Assembly: GCA_964291625.2 (NCBI GenBank)
Contig: OZ220090.1
Span: 192,001 to 256,000 of the forward strand
Direction: 5' to 3'
Length of the DNA: 64,000 nucleotides
Source of the DNA: Candidatus Latescibacterota bacterium
Lineage (GTDB): Bacteria; Latescibacterota; UBA2968; UBA8231
The notes beneath the pieces are model-generated. The model did not search any database. It was not told where the DNA came from and was given only the letters and a program-made list of their open reading frames with translations. A program made the position numbers and the translations under genes. Below are positions 36,701-46,478 of the stretch, one piece after another (position 1 is the first letter of the stretch; each line of letters begins with the position of its first letter).

Positions 36701-37129
36701 GAGGAGGTCGACGCGCGCGGCAACTACTGGGGCACCAACGATCCGGAGAAGATCGCCGGGCAGCTTTCCGGGGCCGCGCTCTGGACCCCCTTCCTCTCCG
36801 GGGAGCCGCCGGAGACCTCGGTCGCCGAGGGGGCCGGGGAGACGCCCCTGGAGTTCGTCCTGCGCGACCCCTGGCCCAACCCCTTCAACGCGGCCACCGC
36901 CATCGCCTTCGACCTGCCCCGGGCGGCGCCGCTGCGGCTGGCGGTGCACGATGTCCTCGGCCGCCGGGTCCGCACCCTGAGGGACGAGGCCCGGGCCGGG
37001 CCGGGCCGGTTCCGGGTGGTCTGGGACGGCGCCGACGACCGGGGACGGCCGGCGGCCAGCGGCGTCTACCTCGTGCGCCTGACCGCCGGTGCGGACCGGA
37101 CCTCGGGGCGGGTGGTGCTGGTGCGGTAG
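33740..37129 (+). CDS. Secreted M6 (immune inhibitor A-like) zinc metalloprotease with beta-helix and C-terminal FlgD-Ig-like domain
   Basis: Signal peptide, CHEFAHLLGLPDL, EYFLIENRQ, GLLVWHVDE, beta-helix repeats, PNPFN...WDGADDRG..ASGVYLVRL. Confidence 0.85.
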   Translation: MSVRGPAAVWPVLLGLLAAPADAWQAADPSARPAGPPSPEAARGTYNALVIFAKFAGEAPGSDRKPSWADDLFDDSRPGSLTHFYDEMSGGELRVSGQVLPRRYESLEPASAYLADSSGTLGDFGRFNREVLQKADADVDMGAFDNDGPDGVPNSGDDDGYVDILFINLHTAPENFFITRATGIASLGLNTEFLSDDEAAGGGVIRVRDRFSGFAGTTQRGHVFGVTAGTMCHEFAHLLGLPDLFDQSSISATGELDPAEESAGIGKWGLMGLGILGWGEGDGPNAFSAWSLAKLGWLGPGNERLVEVTESMREVELESIDRGGRVLKVSLTPDEYFLIENRQAHGFYNRNIPGGGLLVWHVDERADNDEERHKQVDLVCADGLYADRGYPGGDPDPVSGRDNLDFHSRDPAYDGEHNGNEGDATDPFDGVRFQRLAFDTNPGLRGHAGSRRGVPLGFVLDRITPLENGRMGLDVLLRQPAEGQVTGSERWSGEVAVEGDIVVEAGASLTLAPGTRVSFAAADSRGTGFDPGRCELIVYGELVVEGDSAAPVRLTHAEGSGWLGVLVFGGGSPGLEPARDAGGLILEGARLGIARDRLPPGTTRWGGKRSIPWDLLVPAGAVLDIAPGSETRFAPGDLALRGTLPEHVELTVEGRLTVAATAADPAVFTVDSILPEELWAGLRLAAGGAVDATGLRLDQAIIGIGGEMTAEGGFHLADASLERLARGVDVGLFGMATIDRATFRSIADRAVWVRGAGHLRMRSSVVEENGREGVVTSGAGLVLIDTRVSGNGVLDSGDPRSGLLAEGGVGRRLELWRSTVEGNELHGLELDGWRGVIELHGTHITANRRDGLRVDGAERMVFEEVEVHRNRGTGAHLASTASEVWTTDFDTNLGGGLRVEGGTVAVEMSHFTANGAVLTGTAAAAVRTSEFVNAAVGLHSVDSAPAIVGNLFTGNVTALRIDGPAVPDPIRDNHFEGNSLALENRSDEEVDARGNYWGTNDPEKIAGQLSGAALWTPFLSGEPPETSVAEGAGETPLEFVLRDPWPNPFNAATAIAFDLPRAAPLRLAVHDVLGRRVRTLRDEARAGPGRFRVVWDGADDRGRPAASGVYLVRLTAGADRTSGRVVLVR

Positions 37130-37136
37130 GGCAGGC

Positions 37137-38561
37137 TCAGGACAGCAGGCGCTCGCGCAGCAGCTCCTGGACCCGCTGCGGGTTCGCCCGGCCCCGGGTG
37201 GCGCGCATGACCTGGCCCACGAGGAAGCCGATCGGCTTCGGGTCGCCGGCCCGCACCTTGTCGGCGGCGTCGGGCTGCGCGGCGATCACGGCGTCGACCT
37301 GCGACTCCAGCTCGCCGGTGTCCGAGACCTGCTGCAGGCCCCGCTCCTCGACGATGCCCCCCGGGGAGCCGCCGCTGCCGGCCATGACGCCGAAGACCTC
37401 CTTGGCGGCGGGGCCGCTCACCGTGCCGGCCGCGGCCAGGGCGATCAGCTCGGCCAGTTGCGGCGGCTTCACCTTCAGCGCCTCGATGTCGCCGCCGCTC
37501 TCGTTGAGGAGGCGGAAGATCTCGCCCGTGACCCAGTTGGCCGCGGTTCTCGGCTCGGCGCCGGCGGCCACGACCTGCTCGAAGTAGTCGGCCACGGCGC
37601 CGTCCTCGGCCAGCTGCGCCGCTTCGCCCGGGGCCAGGCCGAGGGCGGTGAAGGCCGCCGCCCTGGCGTCGGGCAGCTCCGGCAGCCGCCCCCGGACCTC
37701 CTCGATCCAGGCCTCGGCCAGATCGACCTCGAGCAGGTCGGGCTCGGGGAAGTAGCGGTAGTCGTCGGCCTCCTCCTTGGAGCGCTGTTCCCGCGTCACC
37801 TCGGCCGACTCGTCCCAGCCCATGGTCACCTGGCGCACCCGCCCGCCCGCCTCCAGCACCTCCACCTGGCGCCCGACCTCGTAGTCGATGGCGTTCCGCA
37901 CCGAGCGGAAGCTGTTCAGGTTCTTCACCTCCACCTTGGTGCCGAGGGCCTCCGAGCCGGCCGGGCGCACCGAGATGTTGGCCTCGCAGCGAAGGGCCCC
38001 CTTCTCCATGTCGCCGCTGGAGGCGCCGAGGTAGCGGACGATCTGGCGGATCTTCTGCACGTAGGCGCCGGCCTCGGCGGCGGAGCGGATCGAGGCGTCG
38101 GTGACGATCTCCATGAGGGGCACGCCGGCGCGGTTGAGGTCGACGTGGCTGGCGCCGCCCTCGTGGAGGAGCTTGCCCGTGTCCTCCTCGAGGTGGACGC
38201 GGACGATGCCGACCCGGCGGCTGCCGCCGTCGGCGGAGATCTCGACCTGGCCCTCCTCGCACAGGGGGCGCTCGTACTGGGAGATCTGGTAGCCCTTGGG
38301 CAGGTCGGGGTAGGTGTAGTTCTTGCGGGCGAAGACCGAGCGCGGGCGGATGCGGCAGTTCAGGGCCAGGCCGGTCATGACGGTGAGCTCCACGGCGCGG
38401 CCGTTGATCACGGGGAGGGCCCCCGGCTGGGCGGTGCAGACGGGGCAGACGTGGCGGTTGGGGGGCACCTGGAAGTGCTCGGCGGGGCAGGAGCAGAACA
38501 TCTTCGACGCCGTGCCCAGCTCGACGTGGACCTCCATGCCGATGATCGTCTCCCAGCTCAC
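37137..38561 (-). CDS. gatB: Asp-tRNA(Asn)/Glu-tRNA(Gln) amidotransferase subunit B
   Basis: [44 protein letters not shown]. Confidence 0.95.
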   Translation of the reverse strand: MSWETIIGMEVHVELGTASKMFCSCPAEHFQVPPNRHVCPVCTAQPGALPVINGRAVELTVMTGLALNCRIRPRSVFARKNYTYPDLPKGYQISQYERPLCEEGQVEISADGGSRRVGIVRVHLEEDTGKLLHEGGASHVDLNRAGVPLMEIVTDASIRSAAEAGAYVQKIRQIVRYLGASSGDMEKGALRCEANISVRPAGSEALGTKVEVKNLNSFRSVRNAIDYEVGRQVEVLEAGGRVRQVTMGWDESAEVTREQRSKEEADDYRYFPEPDLLEVDLAEAWIEEVRGRLPELPDARAAAFTALGLAPGEAAQLAEDGAVADYFEQVVAAGAEPRTAANWVTGEIFRLLNESGGDIEALKVKPPQLAELIALAAAGTVSGPAAKEVFGVMAGSGGSPGGIVEERGLQQVSDTGELESQVDAVIAAQPDAADKVRAGDPKPIGFLVGQVMRATRGRANPQRVQELLRERLLS

Positions 38562-40471
38562 GCTCCGTCTCCGCGATAGAGGACGTGGCGCCGCAGGAAG
38601 GCCTCGGTGGCGCGCAGGCAGTGGCGCCGGCTCTCCGGCCGGCGGAAGCCGTGGCCCTCGCCCTCGTAGACGTGGTACTCGTGGGGCACGCCCCGCCGCC
38701 GCAGGGAGTCGACGATGGCGTCGGACTGGCTGCGGGGCACGACCCGGTCCTCGTCGCCCTGGAAGAGGATCACGGGGTCGCGGATCGCCTCGGCGGCGAA
38801 CAGGGGGGAGCGCTCGCGGTAGAGGCCGGCCGCCTCCGGCAGGGGGCCGACGAGGGAGTCGGTGTAGCGGGACTCGAACTTGTGGGTCTCGTCGGCGAGG
38901 GCCAGCAGGTCGGAGATGCCGTAGCGGCAGACGCCGGCGGCGAAGAGCCCGGGGTGCAGGGTGAGGGCGCGCAGCACCGTGTAGCCCCCGGCGCTGCCCC
39001 CGGAGACGGCGAGTCTCCTCGGGTCGGCCAGCCCTTCGTCGGCCAGGTGCCGGGCGCCGGCGGCAACGTCCTCCACGTCGAGGACGCCCCACCGCCCCCG
39101 GAGGGCGGTCATGTAGGCCCGGCCGTACCCGGTGCTGCCCCGGTAGTTGACCAGCAGGACCGCCCAGCCCCGGGTGGCGAAGTACTGGGCCTCGGGATCG
39201 TACCGGAGGTCGGCCTGGCTGGTGGGGCCGCCGTGGACGTCGACGATCAGCGGCGGCGGGCCGTTCGCCCCGAAGCGGCGGCTCGCCGGAGGGTAGTAGA
39301 GGCCGTGGACCACCGTGCCGTCGGGGGCCGTCCAGCGCGGCCGCAGGGGGGTGGAGAGGTCGGCCGCCTCCAGGCGCTCGGCCGATGACCGCGCCTGCAC
39401 GGTGATCTCCCAACCGCCTCTCCGGCGGCGGGCGCTGCAGATGCGCTGCGGCTGCCGCGGAGAGGAGGCCGCCACGGCGATCCGGTCGCCCCGGGGGGCG
39501 GCGGCCAGGTGGGTGACGCTGGACCAGCCGGCCAGGGGCTCGAAGGGGCGCGGCCGGCCGTCGGGCAGGCCGCAGACGAACAGGCTCCGACGGCCGAGGT
39601 GGGAGCGCGTGAACCAGAGCTGGCGGCCGTCGCCCGAGAAGGCGAGGACCCGCACCCCCTGCACCCACGCCGGCAGGGCCACGTCGCCGTCCTCGTCGGG
39701 CGTCAGGCAGGTGGTCGAGCCGGAGTCCAGGTCGTGGAGCCAGAGCTGGCTGAAGCCGGCCTCGTCGCCGGCCCAGGCGAGCCAGCGGCCGTCGGGGGAG
39801 AACTCGGGCTGGCAGACCGCCCGGCCCTCGCCTCCGGCGACCAGCCGGCGCTCCGCCAGGACCGGCGCCGCTCCCGCGGGGAAGCGCAACCGGCCGACGA
39901 CGAGGCGGCTCGAGTCCCAGGGCATGTCGGGCAGGTCGTGCTCGACCCAGGCCAGCTGCCGCCCCCGGGGGTGCCAGGCCGGCTGCATGTAGAAGTCGGC
40001 CCCGTCCACCAGGGACCGGGGCCAGTTGCGCCCCCCGGCGTCGACCACGGCCAGGCGGTCGGTGGTCCCGTCGGTGTGGACGTAGACGATCCAGCGGCCG
40101 TCGGGGGAGGGGGCGGGGGCCGCGGGGTGGCCGAAGGAGGGGGTCAGCCGCCGGACAGGGCCCCCGGCCAGGGGGACCGCGCTCAGGTGGTCGCCGTCCT
40201 CGACGAAGACCACCCGTCCGCGGGCGACGGCGAACTCGCCGCCGCCGTAGAACACCCGGGTCCGCACGGTGTGGCCGCGGGTCAGCTCGACGGGCGCGGC
40301 CTCCCCCTGGCGGCGGCACACGACCACGGACTCGTCCCCGCGCCGCTCGAGCCACGCCAGGGTGCGGCCGTCGCTGTCGAAGGCGGGCGAGCCCAGGCCC
40401 ACGGCGCCGGCGGCGTCGTCCGCCGAGAGCGGGCTGTCCCACAGCCCGAAGGGGTGGAACTCCCGGCTCAC
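38558..40471 (-). CDS. S9 family peptidase (dipeptidyl aminopeptidase/acylaminoacyl peptidase)
   Basis: [29 protein letters not shown]. Confidence 0.9.
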   Translation of the reverse strand: MSREFHPFGLWDSPLSADDAAGAVGLGSPAFDSDGRTLAWLERRGDESVVVCRRQGEAAPVELTRGHTVRTRVFYGGGEFAVARGRVVFVEDGDHLSAVPLAGGPVRRLTPSFGHPAAPAPSPDGRWIVYVHTDGTTDRLAVVDAGGRNWPRSLVDGADFYMQPAWHPRGRQLAWVEHDLPDMPWDSSRLVVGRLRFPAGAAPVLAERRLVAGGEGRAVCQPEFSPDGRWLAWAGDEAGFSQLWLHDLDSGSTTCLTPDEDGDVALPAWVQGVRVLAFSGDGRQLWFTRSHLGRRSLFVCGLPDGRPRPFEPLAGWSSVTHLAAAPRGDRIAVAASSPRQPQRICSARRRRGGWEITVQARSSAERLEAADLSTPLRPRWTAPDGTVVHGLYYPPASRRFGANGPPPLIVDVHGGPTSQADLRYDPEAQYFATRGWAVLLVNYRGSTGYGRAYMTALRGRWGVLDVEDVAAGARHLADEGLADPRRLAVSGGSAGGYTVLRALTLHPGLFAAGVCRYGISDLLALADETHKFESRYTDSLVGPLPEAAGLYRERSPLFAAEAIRDPVILFQGDEDRVVPRSQSDAIVDSLRRRGVPHEYHVYEGEGHGFRRPESRRHCLRATEAFLRRHVLYRGDGA

Positions 40472-40845
40472 ACCTGCTCCATCAGCTCGATCTTCACGTG
40501 GTCGGGCCCGTCGATGAAGACGATGCGCTGCGTCGTCCCGGGCACCTCGACGGGGCCGAACCAGAGGTGGACGCCCTCCTTCTCGCAGTGGGCCAGGGTG
40601 GCGTCGAAGTCGTCGGTGGTGAAGGCGAAGTGGTCGACGCCCTGGTAGCGCCCCAGCTCCATCTTCGCGAACTCGCGGTCGGTGACCGTGATCTGGGTCT
40701 CGCCGACGTGGACCTCGACCCAGGTGGCGCCGGCGCGCTCGAAGGGCTCGCCCGCGGTGGCGCCGAAGACGCGCTTGTACCAGTCGACGGCCACGGCCAC
40801 GTCCTCGGCCTCGTGATGGATGTGCTGGAAGGTGTAGTTGGGCAC
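40468..40845 (-). CDS. VOC/glyoxalase family protein
   Basis: HIH...WYKRVFG...DHFAF...[14 protein letters not shown]. Confidence 0.85.
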   Translation of the reverse strand: MPNYTFQHIHHEAEDVAVAVDWYKRVFGATAGEPFERAGATWVEVHVGETQITVTDREFAKMELGRYQGVDHFAFTTDDFDATLAHCEKEGVHLWFGPVEVPGTTQRIVFIDGPDHVKIELMEQV

Positions 40846-40958
40846 GGTCCGCTCCTTTTGCTGGAGGTGTGGATTCGAGAATCCGGCCGGTCCGCCGGTT
40901 CCGGGGCGACAACTAGAGTCATGGCCCGATCGACGGCAACCGCTATCTTTGCGGAGAG

Positions 40959-41516
40959 ATGAGCCCCTCCGCCAGGTCCCGCCACCTGTCCCCCGACCCG
41001 GAATGGGAGAACTACTTCTCTCCCGAAGCGGAGCGCGCCGAGTCCCTCGAAGCGCTCCTGGGCCGGGTCCCCGCCTTCGCCGGGCTGGAGCCAGGGGAGC
41101 TGGCCACCCTCGTACGGCAGGTCCACGTGCGCACCTTCGCCCACGGCGAGGTGGTGCTGCGCCAGGGGGCCCCCCGGTCCGGCTTCTACGTGATCCGCAG
41201 CGGCTCCGTCCACCTCGTCGGCGAGGACCCGGGGGGCGTGGAGATCACCGACACCCTCGTTCCTCCCGCCATCATCGGCCGCTTCGCCCTCCTCGACGAG
41301 TCCCCGGCGCCCGCCACCTTCATCGCTGCCGAGAGGAGCGAGCTCGTCGGTTTCTTCCGCCCCGACCTGATGGACATCGCCGCCACCAACCCCGGCCTCG
41401 GATGCCGGATCCTGCTGCGGCTGGGGGAGGCGATGACGGCGGCCCTCAACAGGGACTACGCGAGCCTCGAGGCCCTGGGATGGCCCTTCGAGGACGGCGA
41501 GGGATCCCGCCCCTAG
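40959..41516 (+). CDS. Stand-alone cyclic nucleotide-binding domain protein
   Basis: PAFAGL...GEVVLRQG...FYVIRSGSV...GRFALL. The usual GE and PR motifs are altered. Confidence 0.75.
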   Translation: MSPSARSRHLSPDPEWENYFSPEAERAESLEALLGRVPAFAGLEPGELATLVRQVHVRTFAHGEVVLRQGAPRSGFYVIRSGSVHLVGEDPGGVEITDTLVPPAIIGRFALLDESPAPATFIAAERSELVGFFRPDLMDIAATNPGLGCRILLRLGEAMTAALNRDYASLEALGWPFEDGEGSRP

Positions 41517-42340
41517 GATCTGCCCGCAGCGTCCAGGATCCCCTTCAGGTACTTCAGGCTGCCCGCCGCGATCGTCCTCGGGTCGGGCGCGAAGTCGAAG
41601 ACCTCCACCGACACGTAGCGCTGGTAGCCGGTCTCCTGGAGGGCGGCGAGGACGGAGGCGAAGTCGGTCTCGCCGAAGCCGGGGCCGCGCTTGTTGGCGT
41701 CGTTCACGTGCACGTGGTATAGATGCTCGCCCGAGTCGCGCACCTGCTGCGCCACGGGGACCGAGTCGGTGGAACCGGAGCAGACGTCCACCATGGTCCG
41801 GAAGTTGGGATGGCCGATCTCGGTCACCATGCGCCGCGCCTCCTCGGCGGTGGTGATGAAGTTGGTCAGCTCGGGGCTGAGGGGCTCGATGCACAGGTAG
41901 ACGCCCTGCTCCTCGGCCAGGGGCAGACAGTCCTCGAAGACCGCTTTCGTGCGCTCCCAGGTCTCGTCGAAGTCCCATCCCTCCTGCACGTTGCGCTGCT
42001 TCGGCGAGCCGATGATCATCACCTCGCCCCCGATGTCGCCGCAGAACCGGATGAGGGACTTGAAGTAGTCGCGGGTGCGGTTGCGGATGGCGTCGTCGGC
42101 GTGGTTGGTGTACAGCCCCTCGGGGCGGATCAGCAGCCAGTGGAGGCCGACGATCTCGACACCGGCGCTCAGGGCGGCGGCGCGGATCTCGTGGCGGCGT
42201 CGCTCGGGGATGTCGTCCACCGAGTCGGCGAGGGTGAAGGGGGAGATCTCGACGCCGTCGTAGCCCACCTCGGCGGCGTAGTCGAAGACCTCTTCGAGGG
42301 CCCATCCCTCGAAGTACTCGTTGCAGGTGCCGAACTTCAT
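41513..42340 (-). CDS. Sugar phosphate isomerase/epimerase (ketose 3-epimerase-like)
   Basis: IEPL, MVD, HVHVNDANKRGPG, SVEVF. Confidence 0.85.
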   Translation of the reverse strand: MKFGTCNEYFEGWALEEVFDYAAEVGYDGVEISPFTLADSVDDIPERRRHEIRAAALSAGVEIVGLHWLLIRPEGLYTNHADDAIRNRTRDYFKSLIRFCGDIGGEVMIIGSPKQRNVQEGWDFDETWERTKAVFEDCLPLAEEQGVYLCIEPLSPELTNFITTAEEARRMVTEIGHPNFRTMVDVCSGSTDSVPVAQQVRDSGEHLYHVHVNDANKRGPGFGETDFASVLAALQETGYQRYVSVEVFDFAPDPRTIAAGSLKYLKGILDAAGRS

Positions 42341-42405
42341 TCGATCCTCTCCTCTGATGGTCGGGGCGCTCGGGGCGCGGAAGATAGGCGCCCCCGCCAC
42401 CGGCG

Positions 42406-43224
42406 TCAGCGCCGGCCCAGGTCGTCGCCGAGGTCCGTGTAGTCGAAGCGGCCCTTCTCGGCGCAGACGGCGACCACCAGCAGCTCCAGGTCCTCCCGGG
42501 TGTGGTTGTAGAGGCCGTGGCGGCCCCCGAGCCGGCTGGGGATCGCGTCCCACCGCCCGACCTCCCGGGTCTCGTCGTCCACCGTCATGCGGCCGCCGCC
42601 CTCGACGAGGATGTAGACCTCCTCGACGCCCTCGTGGCGATGGTAGCCGATGGAGGTCTCCGGCGGCATCAGGCAGTGGGCCAGAAAGTGAAAGTTGCTG
42701 CGGAAGTCCTCCGGCCCCCAGAGGGTGCGGACGCCGACCTCGCCCCGGCCGCCGTGGCAGCGGACGTACTCCAGGCCCGCCCGGTCCAGCCGCCCCACGG
42801 GCAGACGGTCGGTCGACTCCAGCTCCGCACCCGCGCGGTCGTCGCCCAGGTCCGTCGACTTGGGCTCGCCCCCGGGCACGACGCAGTGGACGTTGAACCA
42901 GCGCGTCTCGCGGTCGGTGTGGTTGTAGATGGCGTGGTTCTCGCCCGAGCGCAGGGGTACGGCGGCGCCGCCCTCGACCGCGGCGGTGCGGCCGTTGTGG
43001 GTGAACTGCGAGGCGTTGTCGACGGTGATGAAGATCTCCTCGCTGTCGTCGTGGCGGTGCAGTCCGATGCCGCCGCCCGGCAGGAGGACCGCGCTGTGGA
43101 CGAAGGTGAAGGGTGTCTCGAAGTCGTCCCGCTCCCACAGTCTGCCGAAGAGGATGGGGCCGGCGCCGCCGTGGACGTCGCTCAGCTCCTCCATGCTTTC
43201 CCGGTCGGCCCTCGCTACGCGCAT
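42406..43224 (-). CDS. Bicupin protein
   Basis: Two cupin motifs: GIGLHRH..EE and SIGYHRH..EE. Confidence 0.8.
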   Translation of the reverse strand: MRVARADRESMEELSDVHGGAGPILFGRLWERDDFETPFTFVHSAVLLPGGGIGLHRHDDSEEIFITVDNASQFTHNGRTAAVEGGAAVPLRSGENHAIYNHTDRETRWFNVHCVVPGGEPKSTDLGDDRAGAELESTDRLPVGRLDRAGLEYVRCHGGRGEVGVRTLWGPEDFRSNFHFLAHCLMPPETSIGYHRHEGVEEVYILVEGGGRMTVDDETREVGRWDAIPSRLGGRHGLYNHTREDLELLVVAVCAEKGRFDYTDLGDDLGRR

Positions 43225-43227
43225 GCC

Positions 43228-43599
43228 TCACCTCTCCCGGTGGAAGAGCTGCAGGTTCAGCTGGTTCGGCCCCTCGAAGAAGCCCAGGGTGATGCCGGTC
43301 CCGCCGCCGACGTCGAAGGGTTCCTTGGTGATGGCCACCCCCTTCTCCTTCAGCTGCCGAGCGCTCTCCTCGACGCTGTCGACCTCGAAGGAGATGTGGT
43401 GGAAGCCGGGGTCGAGCCCCATGGTCTTCCGCGGCATGAGCTCCAGGGTGATCCCGCCGGCATCGAGGAAGACGTAGTCCTCGTCGTCCTCGGTGGGGAA
43501 GCGTTCCACCACGGTGAGTCCGAGCTTCTCCGTGTAGAAGGCCACGGCGCCTTCGATGTCGTCGGTGACGACGGCGATCTTGTGGATCTTGCGTACCAT
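43228..43599 (-). CDS. VOC/glyoxalase family protein
   Basis: MVRKIHKIAVVTDD...FYTEKLGL...HHISFEV. Confidence 0.85.
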   Translation of the reverse strand: MVRKIHKIAVVTDDIEGAVAFYTEKLGLTVVERFPTEDDEDYVFLDAGGITLELMPRKTMGLDPGFHHISFEVDSVEESARQLKEKGVAITKEPFDVGGGTGITLGFFEGPNQLNLQLFHRER

Positions 43600-43654
43600 C
43601 GGATTCCCTCCTGGTCTGAACTGCTCTGGAAAGTGCCCCTGCGGCATGGGCCTG

Positions 43655-44642
43655 TCAGTTGCCGGCCGCTTCCTCCTTCAACCCGTGCTTGTGGATCGCC
43701 TGCGCCACGGACTCGCACCAGGCCACGAGGGCGTCCATCTCGTCGACGGCCAGCGGGCGATCGACGCGGCACTTGAGGTCCCGCCCCGCGGGTACGAAGA
43801 GTCCCGTCGCTTCCGCCTTCTTCTGCAGAGAGTCGATCTCCTCTGCCGGCACCGCGGTCTTCTTGTCGATGCCTCCCCGGCCGCGCAGGGCCGTGTAGAA
43901 GGTCTGCTTGAAGACCGATCCCGGTGGGTAAACGTAGCCGACGACGACCCGGTTTTCGTCGATGTTGACTCCGAAGGAGAAGCCCCTGCTTCCCCAGTGG
44001 ATGGACAGCGACTTGCCTCTCGCCCAGTCGAGGAGTCTCGAGAAGATCGCTCTCCCATGCTCATCGCAGGAATCCAGGAACCCGGTCTCCGAGATGACGG
44101 GTAGAGATCCGGACTCCAGGCTGGCCACCTTCGCTTCCTGCGTGCCCACAACGACCTCCTGAGACAACAGGCGCCCGCCCTCCTGGGCTTCGAAGAAGGT
44201 GAACTCGATGCAGATGACGCCGATCCCCTTCGATCCCAGGAACGATGCGGTCTGCCTGATCTCGGGCGAGATGCGCTGGCCGATGATGACGATGCGCTGG
44301 TCCTTGTTGAAGGCCACGGCCTCGCCTTCGTCGAGCTCGAAGCACTCCCGGTGACGCTCGACGAGGCCGAGGGACTCGTCGCGTTCGTACAGCCGGAGGA
44401 TCCCCTCGAGCGCGTCGACGTCGAGCCGCTCGGCAAAGGCGGCGTACTCGAGGGCTTGGGCGACCACGTCCCGGGGTGTGCGGTCCCGTTTCAGCTCGAC
44501 TACGACCACGCGTCCCGTGCGGTCCACCCCGAGGAGGTCGATGAATCCTCCGAGGTCGGTGGTCCACCTCGAAGGGCAGCCGCTGGTACTCGGTGAACTC
44601 CTGGTTCGACTCGGACCCTGATCCAATACGGAAGATTCTCAT
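43655..44642 (-). pseudogene. NucS/DUF91-like PD-(D/E)XK endonuclease with an N-terminal deletion/frameshift near 44560
   Basis: MRIFRI...FTEYQRLPFEVDH jumps frame into TDLGGFIDLLGVD..VVVELKR...VVAQALEYA. Lower GC than the flanks. Confidence 0.7.
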
Positions 44643-44826
44643 GGCATGCCGGTAGCGTCAGCGGCAGGGGAGGGGGGACCATTATCGTCTGCCGGTCTCC
44701 CAGGGAGCAACCCCGGAGGGGGCCGGCTGCCGGCGGGCGGTCTCCGCGGCCCCTGTGCGCGCCAGGCTACACACGGCTGTCACCGCCGGACATCACTGCA
44801 GGGCGTCGGCACAGAGGGACTGGCAT

Positions 44827-44842
44827 GGGCATGGACCTTGCA
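44827..44842 (+). promoter_or_regulatory. Candidate sigma54 (-24/-12) promoter
   Basis: GGGCATGGACCTTGCA has GG-N10-GC spacing, 13 nt before ATG 44855. Confidence 0.4.
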
Positions 44843-44854
44843 GAAGGTCCGGCC

Positions 44855-46444
44855 ATGGTCCCGCGCCTCCCCGCCGGGGCGCTGCTCTGCGGCTGCCTCC
44901 TGGCTCCCTGCCTGGCCTCGGAAGATCCCGAAACGGCGCTGCCGGAGGAGGGAGACCAGGCGGCGGCCCAGGCGCGGGCCGATGCCCTGCCGATCGCGGA
45001 CGGGTCCCTGCGCCTGCGTCTGCAGGCGGACTCGGTCTCGCTCGGCGGCGCCCGGATGTACCAGCGCGCCACCTGCCGCGTCGGCCGGTGGGAGGTGGCC
45101 GCCGTTGGCGAGCGCGACCCCGGGGAGCGGCGCTGGTTCGACCACGCCGTGGGCTATGCCCACCGGCGCCCGGAGACGGGCGGTCTGGAGGTGGCCCTGG
45201 GCAGCTTGCGGCCGGCCTTCGGCCAGGGGCTGCTCTTCGGCCGCGGCCGGTCGATGGGCGTTCCCGGGCCGCGGCCCCGGCGCGACGGCGAGGCCGTGGG
45301 CTACCGCTCCGCCGCCGAGAACCGGGACCTGTGCGGGCTCTTCCTGCGCTGGCGCCGCCGGGCCGTCCGCTTCAGCCTCGTGGCCGGCGGCTTCCGCCGG
45401 GACGCCCGCGTCGACAGCAGCGGCGTCGCTCTCTCCCTGCCGGAGGACGGGGTCCACACCGGGTCCCGCCGCGACCAGCGCGACCGCCTGGCGGGGGCGG
45501 TCCTGGGCGCCCGCGCCACCGCCGGGGATGAGGGGGCGCGGGTGGGGGTCACCGTGCAGCAGCTGGCCTTCAACCGGCCCCTTGACCTGCGGCGGCCCGG
45601 CAAGGTCCCCGAAGCCTTCGCCGGCCGCGGGCAGACGGCGGTCGCCGCCGACGGCGTGGCCGGCGTCGGACGGGGGCGCCTGTTCCTGTCGGCGGCCGTC
45701 GCCGGCGGACGGCCGGCCCTGGTGGCCGGGATCACCGGGGTCCACGCGGCCCGGGGCCGCTTCGACCTGCTGGCCCGCGCCTCGGCGGCGGGATTCTTCA
45801 GCCCCTTCGGCGCCTCCGTCCTCGGCGACAGCCCCGAGCTGCGGGGGATCACCGCGCGCGTCCGGGGCCGCGGATGGCAGCTGTGGCTCGACGAGACCCT
45901 TCGGCCCGGGGCCCGCTGGACGGAGCCGGTGCCCGGCGGCAGCAGCGGACTCGGCCTCAGGTGGCGGCGGCGGCCGCTGCGGCGCCTGGAGGTGACCGTC
46001 GACGCGCAGCGCCGCCGGCGCAGCGACTGGTCCGGGGGGTCGCAGAGCTTCCCGGCCACCGAGCGGGCCCGGCTCCGGGGGCGCTGGACACCGGGGACCC
46101 TGCGGCTCGAGGCGCGCCTCGAAGGCGTGCGCAGCGGCGTCCAGCGGGGGGTGGCCCTGGGCCTGGGGAGCCGCCGCCGGACCCCCGGGGGGGAGTGGTC
46201 GGCGCAGGTCACCCGCTACCGGACCGGCGGCTGGGAGACCCGGATCTACGAGTACGAGCAGGACCTGCCGGGAGCGGTCAGCATCCGCCCCCTGTACGGG
46301 GACGGCTGGCGGGTCTGCGCCCTGGCCGGGCGGCGCCTGGACACCCCTCTCGGCCAGGTGGAGCTCTGGCTGCGGGGCCGCCTCCAGGCGCCGCCGCTGC
46401 GGCGGCAGGCGGGCCTCCAGATCGAGCTGGCCGAGCCGCGTTGA
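44855..46444 (+). CDS. Putative outer-membrane beta-barrel protein (similar to FCB-group proteins usually annotated ComEA/HhH)
   Basis: Signal peptide, ERDPGE, FGQGL and RIYEYEQDL...LYGDG motifs, amphipathic strands. Confidence 0.55.
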   Translation: MVPRLPAGALLCGCLLAPCLASEDPETALPEEGDQAAAQARADALPIADGSLRLRLQADSVSLGGARMYQRATCRVGRWEVAAVGERDPGERRWFDHAVGYAHRRPETGGLEVALGSLRPAFGQGLLFGRGRSMGVPGPRPRRDGEAVGYRSAAENRDLCGLFLRWRRRAVRFSLVAGGFRRDARVDSSGVALSLPEDGVHTGSRRDQRDRLAGAVLGARATAGDEGARVGVTVQQLAFNRPLDLRRPGKVPEAFAGRGQTAVAADGVAGVGRGRLFLSAAVAGGRPALVAGITGVHAARGRFDLLARASAAGFFSPFGASVLGDSPELRGITARVRGRGWQLWLDETLRPGARWTEPVPGGSSGLGLRWRRRPLRRLEVTVDAQRRRRSDWSGGSQSFPATERARLRGRWTPGTLRLEARLEGVRSGVQRGVALGLGSRRRTPGGEWSAQVTRYRTGGWETRIYEYEQDLPGAVSIRPLYGDGWRVCALAGRRLDTPLGQVELWLRGRLQAPPLRRQAGLQIELAEPR

Positions 46445-46478
46445 CAACCTCGGGGCCGCCCCTTGAGTTTCGGTGGCC

